A stretch of 64,000 nucleotides of DNA, from positions 64,001-128,000 of the forward strand of contig JBMNIH010000005.1 of the NCBI GenBank assembly GCA_050950825.1, given 5' to 3'. This document shows positions 18,250 through 27,153 of this stretch, one piece after another (position 1 is the stretch's first letter; the number at the start of each line of letters is the position of its first letter). The translations under genes and the position numbers were made by a program. The stretch comes from Clostridia bacterium. Lineage in GTDB: Bacteria; Bacillota; Clostridia; JAAYHZ01. The notes beneath the pieces were generated by a model. It saw nothing but the letters and a program-made list of their open reading frames with translations. It was not told the DNA's origin and did no database searches.

Positions 18250-20307
18250 CTAATAGCTTCTTTTATACCGTGCCACAAATACCGTGGCGGCAACCGGTAA
18301 AAGAACAAGCACACCCGTGAGTATCGGCGAATTGCTTTGATTATCCCGTGATCTCGGTATATTTATATTCGTACGGTTTTGGGTCCGCCCTTCCCGGTTC
18401 TCTTGGCCTCCCGGAAAGAACCCTCCCTGTCCCGGGCCGCCTTGGGCCGGCATTTGTCGGTCGGGAACGGCTCTTTGTTGTCCGTCTTGGAAAAACCATC
18501 CAAACCCGCCTTCTTGTTGGAATCCTCCCGGAAACTCAAAATTTCTACCGTCTCTGCCTCCTAGCATGCTTCCTAATACGGACAGGTTCAAATTTCCCGC
18601 AGGCACCAACTTATTCGGATTTTGGGCCTGTTCCTGCGTTGTAGAAGGAACCGATCCGTCAAGCTGCCCTTGCACGCTTTGGGCGCGGAGATTCCCTAGG
18701 GTTATAAACGCGGAGACGGCCGTTTTGTATTCCTCGTAAGAGCAAAAGGCGGTAGGGTCGTTTTTCACGTATTCGGAAATCAAAGCGTCCAGCTCTTTGA
18801 TTTTCTGCTCGAACTTCCCTTCCGAGAAATAGTTGTCAACCAACCGCTGCAAATAGCCGTGGTAGCGATCCTTGTATTCTTCATCGGACAACAGCTTATC
18901 GATCAAAGGACGGCTTGCCATGCTCACACCGCTTACGGGCGTGTCAACGGGAAAGTTGATCACGGAAGAAGCGCTGCTGTTAAAGAATCCGCCCCAAGCA
19001 AGGTTGTAGTCCCAAGGCAGGACGGTAACTTTTCCGTCTCGCTCGTAAATATAGTAGTTTTGCGCCATTTGGGAGCTGTAGCTGTCCAAGTTCACAACAA
19101 AGGTATGTGCCGCCAAATAGCGTAATATCTTGTCGATGTCAAAGTACTTTTCAAGGTCTTTTCCTTCCGATAAAGCTTTGATCGCTTCGATAACGCGTAA
19201 ATAATCTTTTTCCGTTCCTTTTCCTACCGTGTTGTTAAAAATCGCCGGGTAGCTTTGGGGGTTGTCATCGATGTATTCCAAGCTGCCTCCCGAGCCTCCT
19301 CTCATGCCCATACCCCCGAAGTTCCAATTAAACCCGCCGTTATTATTCCATGCCGGCGGATTGAAATCATCCATTGCCGGCGGATTATTATCACTCGTCC
19401 CCGGAGGATTGTTTTGAGGAGGATTCATAAAAGGCCAAGCGTTTTGCTGCGGAAAACGCGGAGTATTCGAGTCGGAGGGTTCTCTTGTCTCGGGAGGCGA
19501 ATCGGAAGGCGAAAACCCTCTCGGAGGTGTCGACGGCGCCCCTCCTTCATTTCGAGGCCCCTGTTGAAAACCGGGATTCTGCTGAAACGCACCTCCGAAA
19601 GGCATTTGGGGCCATCCTTCTTGCCTGTTCGGCATGTTTTCTTGTTCTCCCCGTCCGAAATCGCCGATGTTTCCTCCGAATCCCGACATTTTTACGTTGT
19701 ACAGCATTCCTTTCGTATCGCCGAAAACCCGCTGTTCATAGCTGTCGTTATACAGTTCCACGGCAAGGTACAGTCCCCAAGGTTCACCGTTTACCTTAAC
19801 CTCCGCATAACCGAAATAGGGAGCGTCTACGCCGGCTTCACGCGTCAAATCGTAGGAGATATACTCCTTCATGTATGTATAATCCCCTAGCATGTTGTTG
19901 ATAACAAAGCTTTCCAGGCCGAAACAGGTCTGTTTTTTGACGTATTCGTTAAATTGAAGGCGAAAGCTGTATCGATCGCTGTTGGAGCTTGCCACTTGGG
20001 TTAAGCTGGAGTTCCCTTTGGGGCGAATGCCGATGTTCATAAATTTCGTGCCGTTTACAATCACATCCGCCATAATAAACTGCTCGTTGATGGCATTGTC
20101 CAGCATTTCCTGCCAGTCGTCTTCATCCGCGAGGATGTCAATGGAAATGATGTCGGTACCGAAAATCTTCCGCGCATACTCCGGTTCCGTTTTCAGATTC
20201 CCCTTTTGGGCTTCCGTATTCGCTACCGCCACAAGGGTAACGCTTACGGCCAAGGCGAAAATTACGGCAATCGCCACGACAATATGTATCTTATTATTCT
20301 TAATCAT
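18250..20307 (-). CDS. cotH: CotH kinase family protein, secreted and C-terminally membrane-anchored, with low-complexity Gly/Pro/Gln inserts
   Basis: IGIRPKGNSS, SFRLQF, VNGEPWGLYLAVE, NLDSY, NYYIY and LPWDYNLAWG; N-terminal signal peptide and C-terminal TM segment. Confidence 0.85.
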   Translation of the reverse strand: MIKNNKIHIVVAIAVIFALAVSVTLVAVANTEAQKGNLKTEPEYARKIFGTDIISIDILADEDDWQEMLDNAINEQFIMADVIVNGTKFMNIGIRPKGNSSLTQVASSNSDRYSFRLQFNEYVKKQTCFGLESFVINNMLGDYTYMKEYISYDLTREAGVDAPYFGYAEVKVNGEPWGLYLAVELYNDSYEQRVFGDTKGMLYNVKMSGFGGNIGDFGRGEQENMPNRQEGWPQMPFGGAFQQNPGFQQGPRNEGGAPSTPPRGFSPSDSPPETREPSDSNTPRFPQQNAWPFMNPPQNNPPGTSDNNPPAMDDFNPPAWNNNGGFNWNFGGMGMRGGSGGSLEYIDDNPQSYPAIFNNTVGKGTEKDYLRVIEAIKALSEGKDLEKYFDIDKILRYLAAHTFVVNLDSYSSQMAQNYYIYERDGKVTVLPWDYNLAWGGFFNSSASSVINFPVDTPVSGVSMASRPLIDKLLSDEEYKDRYHGYLQRLVDNYFSEGKFEQKIKELDALISEYVKNDPTAFCSYEEYKTAVSAFITLGNLRAQSVQGQLDGSVPSTTQEQAQNPNKLVPAGNLNLSVLGSMLGGRDGRNFEFPGGFQQEGGFGWFFQDGQQRAVPDRQMPAQGGPGQGGFFPGGQENREGRTQNRTNINIPRSRDNQSNSPILTGVLVLLPVAATVFVARYKRSY

Positions 20308-20326
20308 GCTTTCACCCCATTAAACT

Positions 20327-20998
20327 TTAGTCGGCGTATTCGCCGTTGAAGCTTACAAGGCAAGCATTGTTCACTCCGTTTATCTTTAACAATTCATTTA
20401 AAAGCTTTGCCGACATGTCCAAAAGGCGTACTTCGACGGTAAGCTCGATGCCGTTTTTGGAAACGGTCTTCGATTTGATTATATTCTTCTTTGTTTTTTC
20501 CTTGATTAAATTCATGCAATCCTGCTCCGCTTTATCATCCGCAAGGTTCAGCACCACGATGTACGGCGTATCGGTGCTTTTCCTGTTTACGAAAATAAAG
20601 AGCATAAGACCGATGAATAGCGATCCGATGATGGCAAGCGGAATCAACCCCGCACCCAATACGATGCCCGCCGAAATCGCCCAGAACAAAAAGGCAATAT
20701 CCAAGGGCTCCTTAATGGCCGTTCGAAAACGAACAATGGATAACGCGCCTACCATACCGAGGGACAGCACCAAATTCGATGTGACCGCAAGGATGATGAG
20801 GGTAGTGATCATGGTCATCGCCATAATGGAAACACCGAAGGCCGCGGAGTACATGACCCCCGAATAGGTTTTTTTGTAAACGTAAAAGATAAACAGCCCG
20901 ATGGCGAAAGCAAGTAGCATGGCAAGGGCTACATCCAAAACGGAAAATTCAACGGCCTTTTCCAAAAAGCTCGATTTAAAAACATCTCGAAAAGTCAT
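20327..20998 (-). CDS. DUF4956 family membrane protein (MgtC-like)
   Basis: SNLVLSLGMVGALSIVRFRTAIKEPLD signature. Confidence 0.9.
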   Translation of the reverse strand: MTFRDVFKSSFLEKAVEFSVLDVALAMLLAFAIGLFIFYVYKKTYSGVMYSAAFGVSIMAMTMITTLIILAVTSNLVLSLGMVGALSIVRFRTAIKEPLDIAFLFWAISAGIVLGAGLIPLAIIGSLFIGLMLFIFVNRKSTDTPYIVVLNLADDKAEQDCMNLIKEKTKKNIIKSKTVSKNGIELTVEVRLLDMSAKLLNELLKINGVNNACLVSFNGEYAD

Positions 20999-21022
20999 AG
21001 CATTTCCTCCTCACAATCTCTT

Positions 21023-21700
21023 CTAAATATATCTTGCCGCTGCATATTTGGAAAACGACGTACTTTTTCTGCCGGAAAGCGAAACCGCACCTCGGATGAT
21101 TTCAGGCAAGAAGCTGTCGTACTTAACTTCGAGATTATACACGTCTTGAATGGGTATGGGAGCCGGTTCTTTTTTTAAGAAACCATAAACATTGGAGCCT
21201 GTTCGTATGTCGTAATCCAGCGTCACCCTCACGTTCCCCGGAGAGTATACAAACGCTTCGCGCCAATACTCCACAATGTTTTTCGGTCGAAGCTGCAGGT
21301 AAAACATTTTCGCATAAAGCTCCAAGCAGAAAGGATTCTCCTTTTCCTTTAAAACGGCATAATCCCCCGAAAGGAGCCTTTTGCAATCTTCCTCCGATAA
21401 AAGGGCACCTTCTTTATAGCATAAGCCGCCTTGCTTGCTCTTTTTTTCAAGGCGTATAAAAGAGGTATCGTTGTTGTACAACCTTAAGCGAAATTTCTCA
21501 CGCCCGTCTACTCCGTTGATTTTTTCCATTAACACTTTGTCGTTGTAATTATCGAAGTAGAGGCTTTTGACACGATAGCCGTATCCTTCCTTGGAGTTCT
21601 CATCCCGTTTTGCGATTAGGGAAAGCCGGGACCGAAGCTCCAACAAATCGGCGTAATTGATATAGTGCTTCAGCTCACGTCTGCCGCATGGTCGGCTCAT
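21023..21700 (-). CDS. VTC-domain (polyphosphate polymerase-like, CYTH superfamily) protein
   Basis: RRELKH, SLYFD, EKINGVDGREKFRLRLY, LEKKSK, RVTLD, LEVKYD and FSKY. Start at ATG 21700 after AGGAGAGG. Confidence 0.9.
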   Translation of the reverse strand: MSRPCGRRELKHYINYADLLELRSRLSLIAKRDENSKEGYGYRVKSLYFDNYNDKVLMEKINGVDGREKFRLRLYNNDTSFIRLEKKSKQGGLCYKEGALLSEEDCKRLLSGDYAVLKEKENPFCLELYAKMFYLQLRPKNIVEYWREAFVYSPGNVRVTLDYDIRTGSNVYGFLKKEPAPIPIQDVYNLEVKYDSFLPEIIRGAVSLSGRKSTSFSKYAAARYI

Positions 21701-21731
21701 CCTCTCCTCTCCTTTCCTCTCGGATAAGTCC

Positions 21732-21785
21732 ATTATAGGCGATGAAACTGAAATGCATTTGTCCGTTATCTGAACTTTATCTGAA
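21732..21785 (-). promoter_or_regulatory. Promoter with an OmpR-type direct-repeat operator upstream of the VTC operon
   Basis: TTATCTGAA at 21766 and 21777 (11-bp period) and an in-phase CTGAA at 21748; TATAAT on the minus strand at 21732-21737. Confidence 0.6.
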
Positions 21786-21834
21786 AATTTTATAAAGAAT
21801 CCATATAAAAAAGTCAAGAAGAAAATATCCGGTA

Positions 21835-23205
21835 TTATCCGTACAAACGCTTGATCAGCTTAAGTCCCTTTTTCCCGGTAGAGTAACGGAAAGGGATGTC
21901 AAAAAGCGTGGTTTGCTTCAAAATAATTTTTTTATGAGAAAAAGCATCGAAGCTTGCTTTCCCGTGGTAATATCCCATCCCGCTTTTCCCTACTCCTCCA
22001 AAGGGCAAATAGGGAGACGTCACGTGAAATATGGTATCGTTGATACAGCCTCCCCCAAAGGAGACGTTACTTAAAACTTCTTTTTCGACGGCGGAGCTTT
22101 CCGTAAACAAGTACAGGGCCAAAGGATCGGGATGCCGAAGAATTCCGTTGAAAACCTCCGTTAAGCTGTCGTACTCCATAACGGGAAGTACGGGTCCGAA
22201 TATTTCCTCCTGCATAACGTGATGCTCCCAAGTGATGCCGGTTAAAACCGTAGGTTCGATTACCAAGCGCTCTTCATCAAAGGAGCCTCCTAAGATAATT
22301 TCTCCTTCGTTCAAATAACCGGTCAGACGTTGAAAATGCTTCCGGTTCACAATCCTTGTATAATGAGGGTTTTTTACGGGAGAAGCACCGTAAAGATCAA
22401 AAACGGCTTTTTTCAGCTCTTCCAAAAAAAGATCACGGACATTTCGGTGTACGTAAACGTAATCCGGAGCTATGCATGTTTGACCTGCATTGATAAACTT
22501 CCCCCAAACGATTCTTTTTGCGGCAAGCCGGATTTTGGCATCCTCATGGACGATGCAAGGCGATTTTCCTCCAAGCTCCAGGGTAACGGGAGTCAAATGC
22601 CTCGCCGCCTTTTCCATCACGATTTTCCCCACTCTTTCGCTGCCGGTGAAAAATATTTTATCAAACGGCTCCTCCAAAAGATCTTGTCCGGTATCGATAT
22701 CGCCCGGCACTACGGCGATATATTCTTCCGGATAGAGTTTTTTGATGATGTCCTCCAAAACCTCGGAGGTTTTCAAGGACATCTCCGACGGCTTGATGAC
22801 GGCACAGTTACCCGCACCGATAGCCCCGATCAAAGGAGCGATGGCAAGCTGAAAAGGATAATTCCAAGGGGATAAAATAAGCGCCGTGCCGTAAGGGTCG
22901 GAGTACACGGTATTTACAGAACCGATCTGAAACCAAGATGACTTTACTCTTTTCGGTTTTGCCCAAGACCGAAGATTTTTTAAGAAAAAGCGAATCTCCT
23001 CCAAGACATAGCCGATTTCGGTGGTATAGGCTTCGAAATCCGATTTATTTAAGTCTTTTTTCAAAGCATCCGTTATTTTGCTTTCGTTTTCCTTGATGGA
23101 TTCTTTTAAGTCTTGTAAGGCTTTTATCCGATACTCTATGTTCTTGGTCTTACCGGTTAAAAAGAAATCTTTTTGCTTTCGGACAAGATCGTGAGCATCC
23201 TTCAT
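21835..23205 (-). CDS. NAD(P)-dependent aldehyde dehydrogenase (ALDH3/YwdH-like)
   Basis: PWNYP, KPSE, FTGS, LELGGKSP, GQTC, EEIFGP and PFGGVGKSG. Confidence 0.95.
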   Translation of the reverse strand: MKDAHDLVRKQKDFFLTGKTKNIEYRIKALQDLKESIKENESKITDALKKDLNKSDFEAYTTEIGYVLEEIRFFLKNLRSWAKPKRVKSSWFQIGSVNTVYSDPYGTALILSPWNYPFQLAIAPLIGAIGAGNCAVIKPSEMSLKTSEVLEDIIKKLYPEEYIAVVPGDIDTGQDLLEEPFDKIFFTGSERVGKIVMEKAARHLTPVTLELGGKSPCIVHEDAKIRLAAKRIVWGKFINAGQTCIAPDYVYVHRNVRDLFLEELKKAVFDLYGASPVKNPHYTRIVNRKHFQRLTGYLNEGEIILGGSFDEERLVIEPTVLTGITWEHHVMQEEIFGPVLPVMEYDSLTEVFNGILRHPDPLALYLFTESSAVEKEVLSNVSFGGGCINDTIFHVTSPYLPFGGVGKSGMGYYHGKASFDAFSHKKIILKQTTLFDIPFRYSTGKKGLKLIKRLYG

Positions 23206-23223
23206 CTGCATTCCTCCTGACAT

Positions 23224-23248
23224 AAAAAGGAGTCGCTCGTGACTCCTT
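23224..23248 (-). terminator. Rho-independent terminator ending the RiPP operon
   Basis: Minus strand reads AAGGAGTC-ACGAGC-GACTCCTTTTT. Confidence 0.65.
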
Positions 23249-23316
23249 GATATTTTCCGTATTTTATCCGCTCCATAGCCGACGTAAAGTTTTTCGGCGG
23301 CAACAAGCTTTCCCCT

Positions 23317-23790
23317 TTATTTTATCCTATGCTTCGAAAGCATGCAAATCCATTTGTAATATCGGCCTTTAAAAACTTGCTCCGTGTTTTTCACAACAAG
23401 AAACCTTTTATGCATCTTTAAAGAAAGAAAGACAATCAAAATGCTTTTTAAGCCGTAGGAGACCTTCTGCTCCGTTCCGTCGTCCCTGATTATTGTAACC
23501 ACCCTTCCGAAGCAATCCTTCGGATCAACGCTTTCGACGGCTACGGCATGGTCGCCTTTTATATACCACATATCCTTTTTCATTCGAACGATTCGGTGGG
23601 TAAGAAGCCTTCCTTTTTGATCAAAGGCGGTCACGATATCCCCTATTCGATAGCTTTCCGCTTTTTCAAGAACCACTTGATCCCCGGAGGATATGATAGG
23701 TTCCATACTGACTCCCTTCACCGTGATGCGATTGTTGTTTTGTCTTAATTGTATTTCGGTCAGAGCTTTATACAGATTGGTTTGATCCAT
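23317..23790 (-). CDS. S24/S26 family (signal peptidase-like) serine peptidase
   Basis: GVSMEP (catalytic Ser), GDIV, LTHRIV and IKGD. Confidence 0.85.
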   Translation of the reverse strand: MDQTNLYKALTEIQLRQNNNRITVKGVSMEPIISSGDQVVLEKAESYRIGDIVTAFDQKGRLLTHRIVRMKKDMWYIKGDHAVAVESVDPKDCFGRVVTIIRDDGTEQKVSYGLKSILIVFLSLKMHKRFLVVKNTEQVFKGRYYKWICMLSKHRIK

Positions 23791-24601
23791 GGACGGTTCC
23801 TCTTAAAACCTCTTCTACATAATCCATACGGCTGTAGTTTAATTCATGCGTTCCGGCCTTTGCAAGCTCAATCAACAATTGGACGAAAGAAGGATCCGGT
23901 TTTTGGACGGTATATTGATTCTTCAAAAGCATTAAAAACCCTTCCTGTGACGAGAGCGGGCTTAAAGCTTGGATATCCTTTGTTCTTGCGATCTTGAATA
24001 TTCCTGCCAATGAATACTCCGAGTTTTTATATGACGCGTATACGACCTTTCTCTTGATATCTCCGTACTCGAAAAACTCCCCTTCGACGTCGATTCCGCA
24101 ATTTGTTAAAACCTCCGCTCCGCCTTCTCTTAATTGGATCGGACGAGGAAAAGGAATGATTTTTTTATCTTTTTTACGTATAAGCGCCAAGTCGTCCGAC
24201 AAATAGTCGAATCCCCGCTTGACCAAATAGGCGGTGAGGGTGGATTTTCCGGATCCCGTAGTTCCGGTTAGGATAAAGGCTTTGCCGGATAAACCGACTA
24301 CGGCTCCGTGTATGGCAAGAATCTCCTCGTCTACGGTCGTGGATTCGAACAGAATGTTTTCTATGGCTTGCAAGGCATAGCCACGAGGGATTTTTATCGT
24401 GCTTCCTTGGCAAGTAAAAAGACCGATTTTTGCTTCGTAGGTAATCTCCACGGTCCGGTCTTCGGAGACAGTTTCAAGGCGCATCGGGTTTTGTATAAAG
24501 GGATTGTAGAAAGCATAGAGAATTCGGGTTAACGATTCATCGTCGGTATTCACAACAACAACGGGTTTTTGATAGGGGCGTTTGATTCGTATTTTATGCA
24601 T
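23768..24601 (-). CDS. HPr kinase-related P-loop kinase
   Basis: IHGAVV...AFILTGTTGSGKSTL...YLSDD...IIPFP pattern of HprK-related (PadeK/ScmC-like) kinases. Confidence 0.8.
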   Translation of the reverse strand: MHKIRIKRPYQKPVVVVNTDDESLTRILYAFYNPFIQNPMRLETVSEDRTVEITYEAKIGLFTCQGSTIKIPRGYALQAIENILFESTTVDEEILAIHGAVVGLSGKAFILTGTTGSGKSTLTAYLVKRGFDYLSDDLALIRKKDKKIIPFPRPIQLREGGAEVLTNCGIDVEGEFFEYGDIKRKVVYASYKNSEYSLAGIFKIARTKDIQALSPLSSQEGFLMLLKNQYTVQKPDPSFVQLLIELAKAGTHELNYSRMDYVEEVLRGTVHGSNQSV

Positions 24602-25625
24602 GTAGATCTTCCCTGCGCATAGTCAGTACGTTTTTTGCCACTTGTCTGGATATTTGCAGTTTTCGGAAATTGCAGTCCCCGTCATCGGCAAGATAATCCT
24701 TCGTAAGATGATATGCGGATGCGGCGCAGCCTCTTCCGCATAAGTTTTTGCTTATACATTTGTGGCATCCGTAGTCGCACTTTTGTCTTTCCGACAATAG
24801 CGATTGCAGCTCCTTCAGTTTTTCTTCCATGGAGTCGAAATCAAGCCGGTACAAGGAACCGACGGAAAATTCGGGTTCATACAAGTTTTGGCAAGGTTGA
24901 ATGTCTCCGTTGGATTTAACGCAGATACTCAGCCGGTCTAAATTAATTATGGAGCAATTAAAAGTGGCGTAAGGTACGGTAGTCTTAATCCCGTACTTTT
25001 CTTGAAGCTTCTCGATTTTTTCAATGACCTTCAGTTTTTCTTCGGGAGTCAGTTCGATTTCCCTCCAATACCGGTCCGCATGTCCCATTTTCTCCGCAAA
25101 TGCAAAGGAAGGCTTGCAATTGTTTTCAATTGCAAGCACAAAATACTCCTCAACTAAACTGAAATTAAGTCGAGAAACGGTCATTTTGATGATCGGAGAG
25201 ACCTTAGGCTGAAAAGAAGACAAATTTCTCATTGTCTTCATGTAACTGCCTTTTTCCCGAACCCTTGCGTTAGTTTCGTCATCGATACCGTCAATACTGA
25301 ACTGTACGGAGAAACGATCATCCGTTTCCAGTAGACGATAAAAACGGTCGCATCGTACGGTGCCGTTTGTCACCACGAAGAAAGACAATTCTTTGTGCTT
25401 TTCCATCACATCCAGAACCTGTCCCCACTGTCGGTGCAGCAACGGTTCGCCTCCGGAAATGTCAAAGATGGATAATCCGTATCTTTGATGAAAAGCAACA
25501 AGAAACTTTTCAAGCTCATCGGCCGGAATTTCCTGCAGTTCCCTTTTTGAGCCGGATGCGTTGTAGCAATGTCGGCAATTCAGATTGCACCTATTCGTAA
25601 TTTCCACATAGCAAGACCGTATCAT
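24594..25625 (-). CDS. Radical SAM / SPASM domain peptide maturase
   Basis: CNLNCRHC (CxxxCxxC), SGGEP, TNG and SIDG; SPASM cysteines C..NGDIQPC...CHKC....CGRGC...DGDC. Confidence 0.93.
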   Translation of the reverse strand: MIRSCYVEITNRCNLNCRHCYNASGSKRELQEIPADELEKFLVAFHQRYGLSIFDISGGEPLLHRQWGQVLDVMEKHKELSFFVVTNGTVRCDRFYRLLETDDRFSVQFSIDGIDDETNARVREKGSYMKTMRNLSSFQPKVSPIIKMTVSRLNFSLVEEYFVLAIENNCKPSFAFAEKMGHADRYWREIELTPEEKLKVIEKIEKLQEKYGIKTTVPYATFNCSIINLDRLSICVKSNGDIQPCQNLYEPEFSVGSLYRLDFDSMEEKLKELQSLLSERQKCDYGCHKCISKNLCGRGCAASAYHLTKDYLADDGDCNFRKLQISRQVAKNVLTMRREDLHA

Positions 25626-25906
25626 CCGACTGTTTCTTTCTCCGCTTTTTTCAGTAAACCGTTCTCTACAAACCGGTTTACCAATTCCTTAATGTCATTT
25701 TGAATAACGCTGCGTTCACCTTCGTACTTTTCAAGCAGCATGTCCGTAGCTTCTTCAAGATCCCTTTCGGTCTCAAAGCAGTTCAAGACATCCAAAGCTA
25801 TACCGTCTAACACCAGGGTATTCCCCGTGCTGCCGTCAAAGTATACACAGCCTTCTCCGTCGTCTAAGGGCATTTCCTCATAGACGATGCTCTTTATGAA
25901 CCTCAT
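25622..25906 (-). CDS. PqqD family RiPP recognition element (RRE)
   Basis: 94 aa; VYFDGSTGNTLVLDGIALDVLNCF...LLEKYE...IQNDIKELVNRFVENGLL. Confidence 0.88.
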   Translation of the reverse strand: MRFIKSIVYEEMPLDDGEGCVYFDGSTGNTLVLDGIALDVLNCFETERDLEEATDMLLEKYEGERSVIQNDIKELVNRFVENGLLKKAEKETVG

Positions 25907-26052
25907 AGAGCCATCCTACCTATGCGTATGAGATCACAAGCAACTCCATAGGTTGAGCATGCTCCGGAAACCACAACCTTATTGAGCTCATCCAACGTGA
26001 TGACCTCCATTGTCGGTTTCTGCCACTGCTTCTTGATCGTTTCTTGTTTCAT
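25903..26052 (-). CDS. Putative RiPP precursor peptide, 49 aa: MKQETIKKQWQKPTMEVITLDELNKVVVSGACSTYGVACDLIRIGRMAL
   Basis: Not in the ORF track; translated by hand. AGGAGG RBS upstream; its TGA overlaps the RRE start (ATGA); KKQWQKPTMEV leader; two Cys in the C-terminal part. Confidence 0.88.
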   Translation of the reverse strand: MKQETIKKQWQKPTMEVITLDELNKVVVSGACSTYGVACDLIRIGRMAL

Positions 26053-26074
26053 TGTTCAATCCTCCTATCGATTA

Positions 26075-27136
26075 TTAGTGTATAATCTTTTTCAGTTGTC
26101 TTAAGGCAATATTGATTGAATCCGGTCGGATCTTGTAATAGGAGCGCTTGCCTTCGTTTCTTCTTTCCACCAATCCCGATTGGTACAAAATATCCAAATG
26201 GTGGGACAGGGAGGATAAGGGTAATCCCAATCGCTCCGCGATTTCACTGGCAAACAATTCCCCGTCTTTAATGGTTTTGATGATGCTTATTCGTGTTTCA
26301 TCGGTAAAGGCTTTGAAGAACGTAATTTCATCCTCGTGAATATCCTGTACGACCTGCAAGCCTCTATCGTAATCAAATCCTAAATATACATTCAAAGTCC
26401 GTCTATACATTCGATATTGTATGGTATAGGGTATGAAAAATCCTACGGCAAGTCGAACCGTTGTAAATCGGCCTGATTTTACAAGGCTTGCATAGTTATC
26501 GGACATCTTCATAAGCCGGCTGTCGCCGTAGGCTTCAAATCTTTTTCCGACGGTTTCATAATATTCATCGATCAATTTTCGGTGGTTATCGTACTCGATT
26601 TCCAACTCTCTTGCAAAGTCCGTCAATGATTTGACTATTTTTCGCTTCGTTCCTTCAGGGGATTCGATCAACGATAGCATGTTCCATTTCAGGTCCGCAT
26701 CCAAATTGATGCCGTCCAAAAACACCATTAACAGTTTCTTGTTTTCTAATAGGAATTGATAAAAGGAGTCGGGAAAATGATTCTTCGAATCATAAAAATC
26801 CAATAATTTTATTTGCAATTCATCGGTGTCGATATCGTTAAAAGCATTGATTAACTCCTCAATGGATTCACCGTTCACCAACGATTCCGCCATTAAATTA
26901 GGAAAAAAGGTCATTCCGTTATCACATGTGTGAAAAAAAAGGCGAATCAAAGGAAGGTCATTTTTTATGTATTCTCGTAAACGAGAATACGCGGTTTTAA
27001 CATTTCGCGGCACAGAGAGGTCATAATCGGTATAGATTTCATCAAGATTTTTGCACCGCGTTAACAGATTAAGAAGAGCAGTAAAATCATAAATTTTACC
27101 CTTCTCCGGCTCGTACAAGTATGTTATGTCATTCAT
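26075..27136 (-). CDS. ArsR/SmtB family regulator (C-terminal wHTH, large N-terminal domain)
   Basis: FFKAFTDETRISII...FASEIAERLGLPLSSLSHHLDILYQSGLV...GKRSYY. Confidence 0.85.
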   Translation of the reverse strand: MNDITYLYEPEKGKIYDFTALLNLLTRCKNLDEIYTDYDLSVPRNVKTAYSRLREYIKNDLPLIRLFFHTCDNGMTFFPNLMAESLVNGESIEELINAFNDIDTDELQIKLLDFYDSKNHFPDSFYQFLLENKKLLMVFLDGINLDADLKWNMLSLIESPEGTKRKIVKSLTDFARELEIEYDNHRKLIDEYYETVGKRFEAYGDSRLMKMSDNYASLVKSGRFTTVRLAVGFFIPYTIQYRMYRRTLNVYLGFDYDRGLQVVQDIHEDEITFFKAFTDETRISIIKTIKDGELFASEIAERLGLPLSSLSHHLDILYQSGLVERRNEGKRSYYKIRPDSINIALRQLKKIIH

Positions 27137-27153
27137 TATATTACCTCAAAAAT

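Noticed and set aside
24594-25906. PQQ biosynthesis (pqqD/pqqE)
   Set aside because: The precursor lacks the ExxxY motif, and there is no pqqB or pqqC.
23317-26052. Classical lasso peptide cluster
   Set aside because: The leader, RRE and kinase are lasso-like, but there is no asparagine-synthetase-like cyclase or transglutaminase-like B2 protease in the window, and no Thr at -2 of the likely core.
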